Below are positions 51,075-64,000 of a stretch of 64,000 nucleotides of DNA, in pieces; position 1 is the stretch's first letter; each line of letters opens with the position of its first letter. Under the pieces are notes generated by a model. That model saw only the letters and a program-made list of their open reading frames with translations. It was not told the DNA's origin and ran no database searches. Source of the DNA: Amoebidium appalachense. Lineage: Eukaryota; Protista; Ichthyosporea. Where the stretch lies: NCBI GenBank assembly GCA_963693365.1, contig CAVNZM010000009.1, positions 10,234,243 through 10,298,242 of the forward strand, given 5' to 3'. Position numbers and translations under genes: made by a program.

Positions 51075-52966
51075 AACACACACACACACACACACAGATC
51101 AAGAGCATTGACATCCAACAAGTCATTGCCAAGAAGGTGGCCAAGCGCTTTCTCGAATCCATCCAGTCAACTACCGGCCTCCCTCAATAGTCCCCCCTCC
51201 CCCCCCCCCCCCCCCCCTTCCCCGCCCCCCCCCCCCCTCCCACCCCCCCCCTCCCCCCCCCCCCCCCCCCACCACCACCACCACCACCACCACCACCACA
51301 CACTCACCTACCCACACACACACACACATACCTCCCTCCCCCCTCCCCCCTCCCTCCACCCACTTATTGTAAGTCTTTGTCTCTCACACTATTACATCAG
51401 ATTTCCCCTCTCTTAGGCTGGATAGTCAAAATGCCGACCTTAAGCTCTCTCTATCTCTTTTCTCTGTCCTTTCAGTGTCTTTACATCAAAGCTTGCATTC
51501 TTGTTCTGTGTGAATTTTCTGGGCATTAGCGGTGGTCTGGCAATCCTATTGCCGCGATCTATTGCTTTTTATCAGCCCCCAATTTTTTATTTTTTATTTT
51601 TTATTTTCCCTCCCCATAATGATACACGACTGATGCTGTTTAGTATAGCTGAATTTAGTGTGCCTCGTATTTATTTAGCAACGCCCCCGACGTGTCAGTT
51701 CTAAATGCAGTCTGGGAAGTCTTATAGGTCACTGTCATATACGTATATTGCAACAAGCTGTAAAACATAAAATAATATCAGCTCTTAGGACGGCACCTTC
51801 TTGGATCACCAATAAATACCAAATCTCTTGTGCATATCCGAATCCCTCCCCCCCCCCCCCCCGCCCCCCCCCCCCCTCCCCTACACCACACACACACATG
51901 CATGTGGCTCAGACAACTGAATATGTAAACTTGACCCCCCTCCCCCCTCCCCCCTCCTCCTCCTCCCCCTCTCTTCCCCCCTCCTCTTTCTTCCTCGGGT
52001 ACGTGCCCCATGCTGGTCAATTTGTTTTCTGCCATTGAATTTTGTATGCGTCTTGTGATGTCTCTACATCCTCCCCCTCCCCCCTACCCCCCTCCCCCAG
52101 CCCACCCAATCACCCACTGTCAGAAAATTAAATCTTAAGCAATGCTCTGTTTCTTCATTATGTAATTTCGGACTGCTGTAGTACTGGTTGGATGCAAAAC
52201 TTGTGGGGAACTTGCATTGCCGGCTGTGCTGGGAATTGGGATGAACGCATATGACCCGTTGTGTTTTCTGCTGTAAACAGTTGCATCTTTTCATTAAAAT
52301 ACATTCAGGTCACAATGTAACTGTGTCACAGTGCTCATATGCATGGGGGGAGGGGGAGGAGAGGGGTAAGCGGGGAGAGGGGGCCCCTATCTAACAACTG
52401 TCGTAAACCTGGGCCTGTACAGAATGCTCTCGATACATGGTATGGTCCCAATAGCTGCTAGAGTATCCCATCTCGCGCTGAAATTCAATAAGCACATAAG
52501 CCGCTTAAAGACGTATTTGCCCACCCACCCTCTCTTCTCTATCCGACCTGTCCCCTCCTCACCTCTCCCCTCTTTCCTTCCCTCTCTCTCTCCTTCTCCC
52601 CCGGGCACAAATACAAATAAACCCCGCAAAAGTGTGTGTGTGACTTTGGACTGCCACTTACTTATTAAACATGTACACAATCACAAGATAATCACGCAAT
52701 TTAACAAATGGAAAAAGATACCACACGACACTAGACCCGATGAAAACAGACACCTTGCAATTGAAAAACTAAGCCTTATGTCTCTTTTTATATGTAATGA
52801 CCGCCTCAACCATATTGCCAAATATGGCACTCGCAAATGCATAACACCTAAATACATATTACCTTCCTGTAGAACTGGTCTTTCTCTAGCTGATGGTATT
52901 ATTGATCAATTACCACGCTTTTACTGTACACGTGCTCAGTACAGTGGAGGTCTAATAAGTATAAGG
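47843..52966 (+). repeat. Second segmental duplication copy B
   Basis: Matches 28579-32009. Confidence 0.9.
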
Positions 52967-53043
52967 TTCCCCCCCCCCCCCCCCCCCCCCCCCCCCCACA
53001 CAAAAAAAAAAAAAAAAATTGACGGGGAACCCCAACTAATTTT

Positions 53044-53078
<35 letters not shown>

Positions 53079-53362
53079 CAAAACATAGAATAATGACAGC
53101 GGCTGTCCAAAAATCTAAAATTATCTCCTGCAACCTCTTTTTGCCTCCCCCCCTCCCCCCCCCTTCCCACACACACGTCACACACACACCTCTATTGGTT
53201 GAATAAACTCAGTCAAAAGTGCAAAAAAGGGGGGAAAGCTACACTGTAGTAGATGCCGTCCGTACCTCCCCGAAAACTTTAAGGGGTTGCAGGGCATAAT
53301 CTTATTTTAGAAAGGCTGTTGTCATTATTCACTTTTTTTTTTTTTTTTGGTCCCCCCGGAAA

Positions 53363-53402
<40 letters not shown>

Positions 53403-53858
53403 CGCTCTGGCCTATGCAACATGACGTATGTATTTCAATGTTTGTGCATCCGTGAGTAACTTGGGAGCTATTACTGTACCCAAAACCAACGTCTAAAATT
53501 GTCCACCACCGTGCCCTTTTGGTGTTTGACCCTCTATGCTGGGGGCCTTTTTGCAGTTTGCTTGGCACCCTCTCAGCTCTTGTTATGGATGCTTCAGCAT
53601 GATTTATCAATGCATTCGCCAATAAGATTATCCAAAATTCTGGCCGATGGGCATGTGTAATAATGTAGTTACGAGTCATGATGTTAATCGTTTTAGATTT
53701 ACTGGGCTACTGTTTTAGTACAAAGAGTTGCATGCATCGTTTAAATCCGGCAACGGTTGACTACATCGAAATTGCAGGCAAATCCAAAAGATGGTTGGCG
53801 TGCTTCAGTGACCAGCTAGCCCCCCCCCCCCCCCCCCCCCCCCCCCCCGACCCCGCCA

Positions 53859-53894
<36 letters not shown>

Positions 53895-54562
53895 CAACGG
53901 AGCAGCATCTTTTCATAGTATTTGAGAAGCTGGTCTTCTGCTCGTAGCTTTTGGCCCCCAGGCCTTGTTTACAACCGCCTGAATAATTACGTAATAACAG
54001 GCATTGGTAAAGGTTCTGTCAAATCTCCTCCCCCCCCCCAAATCCAAATCCATCCCTCCTTTCCCCCCCCCTCCCCCCCTCCTCCCCTCACCAACCCACC
54101 CACAAACACACATGTGCAGTTAGGTATAACCATGTTCCACTGTGACACCCGGGATTTGAAGTAGAGAAAGAAAAAGAATAAAAGAGGAGAAAGTAATCGG
54201 GGTCCTTTGTATTTCGGAAATGACGACATTAATTAGGCTCGAAGATGTTCTGAGAAAACGAGAAGCTTCTGGAGGGGAATCTAACTAGATCTCAGATTTT
54301 GTCAAAAAAAAATCCTCACCAAACTAAGGCTGATTACCGCCACAGCGCCTACAATACATATCAAGTCAGCGAGCCTAATAGCAAATAGGCCGGACGGAGC
54401 TTGGAGAAAGTCTTGAAAAGAAACAAAAGAAAATCCACTCGCGCCTAAAAACAGATGACTCGTTTTTTGCTAAACCAACCAACACTAATATCCTCATTCA
54501 CCAACGTAATCGATATAATCCTAAAACCCCATCACTGAAATTTCATCCATTACATCCAGTTT

Positions 54563-57419
54563 TTAGGCCATCTTAGGCACCGTGCCCACCACACACTCAC
54601 CAGCATATACACCTACGGGTGGCACCGGGAATAGGTGAGCCAGATTTGCACTGCTTTTCCGGTGGAGCGCAGACATCCGCCTTTGCACCACATGAGGGAC
54701 GATGACGGGAGCAGGCGCCACAAACCCATCAGAATTTGACTTTCCGATATCAGTTTGTGTAATCTGTGCCTGATCGGCAGCGTTTTTTGCACGATCCTGC
54801 ATCCAGGTAACGGGGTTGATCTGATAGTAGAGGTGGTGTTCAATGCTACCAAAGCCTTGCTTTTCGAAGAATTTCCGCGCGCAAACATTATCCCCCTGCG
54901 TGTCGCACACGAGAATACGTGCCCCTTGCTGCACCATGTGTGTGTAGAATGCTTGGAAGAGTTTTCTCCCCACACCTGCACGCTGTGTGCTTGTGTCTAC
55001 ACCCATCCACACGAGATAGCCGTAGCGCCAGGCATTTCGTTTCTTCTCGATCAGGTTGCCGAGACAGTAGCCTACCACTTTCTGTAAACACAACACACCA
55101 CAATGTTAGCAATTAGGCCCAGAGGTCTCTGATCAAAAAACACATACACGTTCATACGTATACACACGCATATATACACTCACTCTCTCTCTCTCTACCC
55201 CCCCCCCCCCCCCCACACACACACCAAAAAAAAAAAAAAAAAAAAAAAAAACCTGTTTACCTTTGTCTCTTTCCCCCTCTGTCTCTTCCTCAGTCTTTCA
55301 GAGCCCCCCCCTCCCCCCTCCCCCTCCCCCCCCCCCCCCCCGTGTCTCTCTTGGTCTCTCTCATCCCTTATACCGACATCTCCTGCACTTTTTAACTTTT
55401 CCATAAACAACGCCCCTTCCCCACCCTTCCCCCCCTTTCCCCCTTTGCCCCCCCCCCCCCCCCCCCCCCCCCGCAGACACACACACACACACAATCACCT
55501 CTTCGAACCCCCCTCCCCTCCTCCCCCCGCTTCCGTTTCCCCTCTCCCCTACCCCCACCCCGGCGGTCCACCTTCTCCCTTCAACCTCACACCACCAACA
55601 ATGACTATCCTCGCACTGTGTGTCACCCCGCTGCCACAATGCTCATTCATTGAAACATGGAATTCATTCCTCATAGGTTCTGAGACTCACAACGTGCATG
55701 CGGGAGGGCATCACAAGACGTAAGGTTGTGCACGATGTGCAGCTGCTGCTGCTGCTGTGTGTGTGTGTGTGTGCGCGCGCGCGTGTGTGTGCGTGTGTGT
55801 GCGTACTTGCGCGCGCCTTTACTCAAGCTAACAACGCACCTTGTCCATTTCCGCCACAAAGCAGTTTTCCCTGTCGCTGACAAACCACTCCAACACCTCG
55901 TGTTCGCTCCATACACGGTGCAGCGATGGGTATTTGGTTGCGTCATACACACTTTCCCCAAGCTCATAAACTGCCTGCAGATCATCTATCTCAAGCTCGC
56001 GTATTTTTAACCCACCACTGCTCGTTTTCACCTCTCTCCGTGTGGTGTGTGTGGTGTGGGTCTCGTTTTCCTTTGGCCGTGGGTGGTGCACTGTGGCGCG
56101 GCCGCCGCGTGGGGAAGGAGCACGTACAGGTACGCTCTTTGCTAAGTGCAAACTCTCGTTTTTCTCTTCGTTTTTCCCCACGTTAAGCGACATGTACACG
56201 TGTTGGCGGGGTTCCGAAAACCCGAGTTTTTCGAGAAACGCCTTTGCGCCTACGCTCTTGGTCGGTGTGTCGACAATCACAGTTTGAATGCCTTCAAGTG
56301 CAAATAACTCCAAAACACGTGTGATCAATTTGGTCCCAACACCCCTGCGTTGCCATGGAGACGCAACCGCAGCCCACACAAGGAAGCCACATGATTGTTC
56401 CTTGTGCTTCTTCTCAATGACGCTACCAAGCACAAACCCAACGAGGTTTTGGCTGCCGTTGGGGGCTTGCTCCTCCGCTACGAGACAGAATTCGGGGTCG
56501 GAGCCAAGAAGGTCAATTACCTGTGTAGGGGTTGGAGGCGGCAGGGGGGGTAGCTGAGTTAACTTACAGTACTAGTGATGGGGTGTGGTCGGAAATGATT
56601 GTGCCGGACTAAGTGGGCTAGGGAGAAGAGAGAGAAAATGCACCATGCGGTTAGGCTGCTGTGTATTTTTTCTAGATTGTTTTTGCAAAAGTAGGGATAT
56701 CAGTAAGGGCAGATGTGGCGGGACACACCAGCATCTACTGCAAAGTTGCGCGGATCTGCTCACAGCACTTGCAAGCACGAGTCGACGTCACTCCCTCTTT
56801 TTAATGTTGCAACTCATCTGAAGGCTCCGTGTCTTTTGCCTATTCCAAGTTCTTTATTCTAATCATCCCCCCCCCCCCCCCCCCCCCCCGCCGCCGCCGC
56901 CGCCTCCCCAGCTCCTGCCCACTCACTCTGCTGGGCCCAATCCATGGCCATTGGGGTTGTCGTTCTTCCTTGCAGTATTTGCAACCTGAATGATGATTTG
57001 CTTGATTGCCATTCACACAACGACAATAACCCAGCATACACGGGGAACCTAGACACACCAGGCCCGTAAAAGAAAAAAGTTAAGGCATGAACACATACAC
57101 AACTTGCAGCATGCATCACACACGCTCACATTTGCATGTGCACATATGCACACACGCATTCATGTGCACTCACCTCATACTCATCCCACGTGCGGAAAAG
57201 TTGCAACCCCTCTGTGTTTGCACTGTACTCCCTATCGCCCATATGGAACACGGTGGCGGCATCTCTCAGTTCCATCTGCCTTACAATCACAGGCCCATTT
57301 GAGCGCGTAACTTTCGGACGCAACACTGAACGTCTGTTCTCACCATTTTCTATGCATGTTTTCTTTGTTGGGTGCACTTCGCTGTCATCACAGCTGTTGC
57401 TACGACGTACAGACGCCAT
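54563..57419 (-). CDS. Tandem double GNAT-family N-acetyltransferase, 3 exons (57419-57174, 56520-55840, 55081-54563), ~481 aa
   Basis: Phase-0 GT-AG introns join into one frame. Two acetyl-CoA motifs (WQRRGVGTKL, TQRAGVGRKL). Repeated RxMExxD...RxWxExEV...SDxExCxVAE. Confidence 0.88.
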
Positions 57420-58413
57420 AATGCAATTGCTATAGTAGTGGTTAGATGGATGTGTTCTTTGGAGGGGACTGGAGAGAATGAAGGTATAAAGTCAACAGAC
57501 GGCTTTTTTGGGAGGTGACCGCGATAGCATCAGAGCAGGGAATGATTGGTGTATTGTGATTATTGTAAGATCTGGTATGAACCCGCCGAGGTTCCACATA
57601 CGCATAAGAGCCACTCACAAGGTAAAAACAATGCAAAAACGGATAACTGCTAAGATAAATGATGCATGCTTTTGTCGCCTTATCACGGAGTTGTTGTTAT
57701 ATATATGAATCTATTCGTTTCTGTAGGCCCCTTTCTTCAAGGCTTGGATCTAAATTTGAACCAATAAGTCGGTTATACCCGATTGGTTGTTGTGGCAAAT
57801 AGATTGAATCCCCCAACACTCCATATTGCATCGCGACAGTCAAATTAGGAGATGTGTGTCTCTCATTTGCTATGCACCAGAGTTCTGGTGGGATTTGGAG
57901 ACCGCAGTTATGATAATAATATATATATCTGGTCTTCCAATCGCGCAATGTCTTGTTTGGAAAAAACAACTCTAATATTGAACTTGATCTAATGTATTTT
58001 AACCATTAATATAATTAATATTAAATATTATTGTATGCATGTACATATTGCCAACGTGCAGCCCTAGGCCTGTGACGTAAATTTCTAATTGATATTTTGC
58101 CGGCCTTGGTACCGGTGCTTGCAGGAGCTGAAGGCCCAATAGCGTACTAGAAGTTATCACAGGCCCAGGCTTCAGAGCTTCACGTGCATGCATGCTATTA
58201 AAGTGCCAAGGATATCTAAGCATGAAAATCTGAGATTACTGCTCTGTGGGGACTCATAAGGCGGTGCTCTATAGCCCAATCATATTAGCACGTAACCTTC
58301 GAAGGAAGTTTAACCAATCGGATCAGCTCACACTCGTTTTTTCACATTCCACGATAGGCGTCGCGAAAATATGTCTTTTTTTTTTTTTCTTTTTGTGGGG
58401 GGCGGAGGATTCA

Positions 58414-58474
<61 letters not shown>

Positions 58475-60464
58475 TGGAGGGAGGGGAAGGGGGGGGGGGG
58501 GGGGGGGGGGGGGGATGGATGAAACTACATACTGCATGTAAATGCGAAGTTGATAAAGAGCTACATTTCCAGGGAGGTTACACTTCCACAACTGTTGGGG
58601 CTTTGAGGTGAATTATCATGTTTCCGTCGAATAAATCCAGTCAAAAGAAAAAATTATCATGGCAAAAAAAAAAAAATGGCGGGGTCTTCTGTACACTTCT
58701 ATTCAATCAAAGTCACTTGAATACAATAGCTCGAGCTCCCCTGGGGGACTCCAGGGGCAGGGCCGCGGGGTGCCTGGGTGGGGTCCCCGCCTCCCCGGCA
58801 GGCAGTACATCCAGGCCTCTGACTAGAGCTTGGATATCTGTCTATATTACATATTCCTACGAAAAAGGTTTGGTTGTTGCCAACTTGTTGGGTGTATCTT
58901 CAGCTGCAGGAGTCGACATATTTGTCGGCGAGCTGTGGCTGTGTAGACAGCTGTCAATAACATCTGCGGTTATAAAGGATATAAGGATTGACGGGGGTTT
59001 TTTTTTTCGCGATGTCATATGAATCAGCACATGTACATACACATGTACATAATCTGTGTTACATATGCATCCATGAAAGTCGACGTTTTCTCACTATCGA
59101 TATCTATTCTCCGTGACAAGGACAAAACAAAAACGCTTAGATCTACCTGTTGACTTACATGTGCATGGCCGCGGCTAGTGTATTCTTCAAGCGAAAGGAG
59201 CACATACGTCCTTACATATGATATCGATACATGAACAAATTGTAAATGTTACATAAAGATCGACCTTCTGAGTATTGCGTATGACTGGGAGTCACTTGCC
59301 AATAGCTACCTATAACTCATATGCACACATGTAGTTCAGGCATACGGGGCACCCCAACGTTAACGTTCATCGTTGAATTCGAATGCCATGCCTTTCAAAA
59401 TGAACAAAGGTTTGGACAGATGACACAGACATTTGGGTAGATATAGGTGTCATCCGCCCAAGTATTCGCAGCACAGTGTTGGGGAACAAAATACCCAACA
59501 TCATTTGGCACACATCGGCCGGCTGCTATAAACGTTGCTACATGTGACGATCAACTCTCTCTGCAACTCTTTGCACCGTACTACAGTTACCAGGACAGAG
59601 AGAGATTCATACTATCATCAAATACGAAGGACCACCACTGCGAGCGCTCACATCCGCACCGTGCAGTATCACACTCTTGCTACCCAGGATAACTACACGT
59701 ATTGCACACACCATGCTTCAATATGGCCGTTGCATGTCTCGGGCACTGCAGAGCACCATGGCTTCCAGAGTGCAAGCAGGTATGTTTCAATCCTTCCCCA
59801 TATGCATGTTGCACCCACACCCCCACCTTAGTTACCTTAATTGGCTGTGATCATCCACGGGCCGTGCATATATGGCCACCCACACCACCACTCTATGGGC
59901 AAGAATTGTATGAGCGACTCATGATAACCGGTATATTAGATACTACAATACTACTATTGAGGGAAATGAAGTGATACGTATCGATACTTAGAGCGTTATT
60001 GGCTAAGTAAAGTTGGTACTGAATTCATCGATGCAAGCATGGGCTTACTCTGGCAAATACTGAAAAAAAAAGAAGAAGAAAAAAAGGAAAGATGTTTTGC
60101 ACATCAGGGCCTCCCCCCCCCCCCCCCCCAAAAAAAAAAAAAAAAAAAAAAACCTTACTAGAACAACAGTCGAATCTGTTTGAAATGAATCCCCCCCCCC
60201 CCCCCCCCCCCCATCCCCCCCCCCCCCCCCCCCACGGACCTCCTCGAGTTTTCTTCCTAACACCGGTGCAAAATCACCCCTGCTCTTGCGTTTATTCTCC
60301 CTCTCCACCACACACGGCCACTCTACATCACCCCCCCCCCCCCCATCTCTAAATTAAACCCTAAGGGACATCACTACACTAAATTAAAACAAACACCTTG
60401 GTCTCCCCATTTATTAACCTCATTTAATACCTTCCATATATAGGCATTTTCAGCACCCTCCAAC

Positions 60465-61070
60465 GTGCAACCCTTGCCAGCCTCGCCACCCACCAGCATC
60501 CCCCCCTCCGAACAGATTTCCATCCAAAACCATCTTCACCCCCTCCTTTCCACCGACACACCCATCCGGGCTGAAACCTCAATCACCGCACACGTGTGGA
60601 AGCACAATCCCCTTATCGCAAACGGTTGTTTGGTGAGCACCCCCGCATTCGCCAACACAAACGGTCAGAGCACAGTGTACAGCACACCATTCAAGATTGA
60701 ACGCAGAGAGTTTCAACTGCGTGTGACTGCGACTCCGTGTGTGTGGCAACAGATGGGAGGGGATCCCGTTACCTCCGTCACATCTCTAGATGTGGAGATT
60801 GTTGCTCCTTACTCTACACACAGAGGGAGGGAGTTTGAGTGTGACTGGTTGGAGATTGGAAGGGAAGTGGGTGTGTTGCTTATCGAGGAAGGGAGGGAGA
60901 GAGATGTGGGCAAGTGGGTGCATATGGTGTATGAGAGAACAGGTACACACACTGTCGATAATTGGTGGGGAGGGGAGGCGCAGTCACTGAAGTTTTGGGT
61001 TTATGCGCGAGACCTGGGCCGCGAAGTAAATTACAACAAGTTGTTTGGTGTGGTCCCCAAAACCAACTGA
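60465..61070 (+). CDS. Duplicate of the unknown exon, uninterrupted 201 codons
   Basis: Near-identical to 23058-23662. Confidence 0.4.
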   Translation: MQPLPASPPTSIPPSEQISIQNHLHPLLSTDTPIRAETSITAHVWKHNPLIANGCLVSTPAFANTNGQSTVYSTPFKIERREFQLRVTATPCVWQQMGGDPVTSVTSLDVEIVAPYSTHRGREFECDWLEIGREVGVLLIEEGRERDVGKWVHMVYERTGTHTVDNWWGGEAQSLKFWVYARDLGREVNYNKLFGVVPKTN

Positions 61071-62605
61071 AACATGAGCATACCACTTAGCTCGCATATC
61101 TTCTAATAACACGTTTTAATATGTACATACTGTATTTTGAAGATAAAATGATATTTTCTGAAATGATTGTCGGCGTGCACATGATTTCTGTAGAGGATTT
61201 CTGGCAAAATGCACGTGCAGGCAGGATATGCCATGTTGCAGTTGGAACTGGGCTGGCACCGGTCACATCATATGATAAAATCCAAAACGACAAGTAATTG
61301 CATTAATACTTAAGAAATTTCTGTCATACGTAGTGCACAATGTAGCACCCCTTGCTCCTCCTTGTTATCAACCCCAACCTGATCTCCTCCTCCCTCTCTC
61401 CCCTCCCCACGCGCACACAAACACGCCTTTTCAAAAGCACATTCTTCTGTGTGAGTCGTTATAACTCATTTACAGTTTCTCAGAACACCTTGTCTATCCC
61501 CCCCCCCCCCTCCCCCAACCACCACCAAAAAAAAAATTAAAAAAACTAAAAACATAAAAAACCCTAAGGATTGTCTCCCGGGCTCATCGTGTAGTAACGT
61601 CCCAAATAGATTTAAGGATATAGGGAATTAAAATCATTTAGCGCTTCCTTCCCCTAACCTATTCGAATCCCCTATAACTCTCCCCCCTCTCTCTCCCCCC
61701 TCCCTCCCTCTCCCTCGCTCTCTCTCTCTCTCTCCCTTTCTCCCTCCCCTCCCCCTCCCTCTCTCGCTCTCAGTCTCTCCCTCCCTCCCCACCCCCCTGT
61801 TCCTCTCTTCCTCCCTCCCTCTCTCTCCCTCTCCCTCCCTCCCTCCCTCTCTCCCTCCCTCTCCCTCCCTCTCCCTGTCTCTCTCTTTTCTCTCCCTCTC
61901 TCTCTCTCCCTCTCTCCCGCTCCCCCCCCCCCCCCCCCCTCTCTCTCCCCCTTAATCTCTTAATCCCACTCTGAATCTCTTTCTCCTTTCTCTCCCCTCA
62001 ACACGAAACTCTTCCTACCTCCCGGGCCTCCCCCCCTCCCCCCCCCCTTTCTCTCCCTCGAGCTTCCTCCCCTTAACCCCGCCCAACCCCCCCCCCCCTC
62101 CCCCCCCTCCCCCCGCCCCCCCTCCCCCCCCCCCCCCCCTTCTCCCCTCCCCCAGCTCTCCTTCTCAAGTTCTCTCATCCCCCCTCCGAGGCTCTGTCTC
62201 CTTCTCCCCTCTCCCCCCGGCTAAAATGGCCAAAGTTCTGGTGTTGAGAGCCTGTTGAACAACCCCGAAACCAGTGCTCGGATTGCGAGATTGCCATATT
62301 TGGGTATAAATGTCGGTTGTTGTTGCATTTTATAGTAACAATGCACCCAAACAAATATGGAATAAAGCTTTCATGATAAGCACTTCGCTAATTAGCAAGC
62401 AACACACAACTTACTGTCACCGTCTTTGGACACTTCGCAACTGCGTCGTTCAAATTCCCTCCCACTTTAGGTGCTTCCGTGGAAACTTCCAACACTTTTT
62501 TTTTCTTTTTCTGTCTATTGTTTTTCTTCCTAACCCACGCCTCTCCACCAAACGACAACATGGTTAAAACCAATAACAAACGCCTGAAAACAGACAGCGA
62601 AGGTG

Positions 62606-63523
62606 ATGGCCTTCCGGAGGGTGCAATACAGTCTCAGTGATTACGACACCAAGAAGACGTTTTACTTTGTCAAGTATAGAGATGAGCACACACATGCACT
62701 TCTTCAAGCGTGGTTTACAGAGGAGGAAAAGGAGTTAATTACTAGGGAGGAAGCACCCGTTCCCTACGGTGTGTCTACTGATGAGCGCACTTGTAGGTGT
62801 CAGTGTTGGGGGTATGTGCACAATCAAATCTCACAGGCATGCAAAAGGGGGATGTGTTACTTTGTCGATTTGGATAACATGGAAACTGTCGATGGATTGG
62901 TAGTTGCCTTGGGTGTGAGCTCTGCAAGTAGCAGCGGGATTCGGGATGTGATTTCAAAAAAGGTGAAAGAAGGCAAAAGGAGGGAAATTGCAAACGAATA
63001 CGAAAAATCAAGAAAGGAAGGGACGGCAGGAGAGGCGAAAGGGTCTTCGGATTTCTTCGTATACCGTTAGTTGATAAATCAGCGGCATGTTTTTCTGGCA
63101 GGAGAGAAAAAAGACAAGACATCATCTTGTTATGTGGCGTGGTTGGGACCTGCTCAGAACGGAAGGATGTACTTTGAAAAGGAGGGAATGCAACTTGCTT
63201 TGGGAGTTTTTGCAGTGCGAGACATCCCAGAAAACGTTCCTTTGTTTGATTACAAGGGGGTTACCCGCCCGCAAAATGCTCTTGCAATTAACATCTATGT
63301 TGTAGCAAACACCATCGTTCGTGTGCCCGAAGACATGCCGTTTCGTTACGTTGTCGATGCATCCGAGCCTCAATTCTCATCTATTGGAAGGTATGTACAA
63401 TCGGCCAATGAGCCATGGAAAGCAAATGTGGAGGCGTACACCATGCCATGTTGCCAGCGCATATTTTACTACACGACAAGAGCAGTTAAGGCAGGCAAAG
63501 AGCTGAAGAGTTTATTGCAGTAG
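62606..63523 (+). pseudogene. Duplicate SET-domain gene with premature stop
   Basis: TCG ATG in copy A reads TAG TTG at 63068-63073; otherwise near-identical. Confidence 0.85.
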
Positions 63524-64000
63524 TGTGTGTGTGTGTGTGTGTTGGGGGGGAGGGGGGGGGGAGGGGGGGGGGGGGGGGCTTGCAGCTCCAGACAATCACA
63601 TGGAAACGCACGTACCACCTTCAGATATACGTACTCGTACATACATATTGATAAGAAAATTAATACAGATAATCCTAGGCAAGGGGATAGGGGGAGGGAT
63701 GGGGCGGTGGTGGTGGTGGTTGGGGGGGGGGGGGGGAGGGAGGGAGGGTAAACATGCACACATCCCCATGATCAAATAAAGCTACCTCGGGGCCTCTGGC
63801 CCTGGTTAATTAGCAGTATCTATCTCACCCCCACCCCCCCCCCCCCTCCTCCCGATACCCCCTCCCCTCACTTCAGCCGTGCACAAGGCACCCCGCCCAC
63901 TGAAATGGCATAACTATAACGTACCACGTGCACATGTACACTCACCCCACCACCACGCGTCTACACACCCTCACACACACTCACACCACCGTTTGCATGC

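Larger units (their letters stand above)
58098..63988 (+). repeat. Segmental duplication copy B, containing the empty retroelement site
   Basis: Matches 1-91 followed by 20804-26588. Confidence 0.95.

Noticed and set aside
57697-57969. 90-aa minus-strand ORF
   Set aside because: No motif, non-ATG start and no supporting splice structure.

Overview
Eukaryotic, intron-containing DNA rich in (CA)n/(GA)n microsatellites and long C/G/A/T homopolymers. It looks like a repeat-rich microbial eukaryote, but the species cannot be fixed from sequence alone. Bases 92-20803 form one nested retroelement stack. A 5'-truncated non-LTR (LINE-like) RT element is interrupted by a full-length Ty1/Copia element (1498-8627, minus strand, TSD ATGGC) and by a chromodomain Ty3/Gypsy element (9576-20757, TSD GCTGG). 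The Gypsy 3' LTR is itself interrupted by a tandem trimer of a non-coding mini-LTR element (17065-20514, 4 LTRs, TSD ACAG). A paralogous empty site at ~58188-58193 confirms the stack boundaries. The rest of the window holds two segmental duplications (20804-26588 vs 58193-63988; ~28579-32009 vs ~47843-52966), a PR/SET-like gene and its nonsense-mutated copy, a triple-AP2 + AT-hook gene, a spliced double-GNAT gene resembling a prokaryotic family, further 3' relics of the same LINE clade, a 453-bp tandem array and a 78-bp-arm hairpin. The most unusual element is the Gypsy: it has a signal-peptide/transmembrane extension in frame with Gag, an in-frame UAG plus hairpin between gag and pol, and a primer-binding site matching the 5' end rather than the 3' end of tRNA-Ala. 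All alignments and folds were done by eye.
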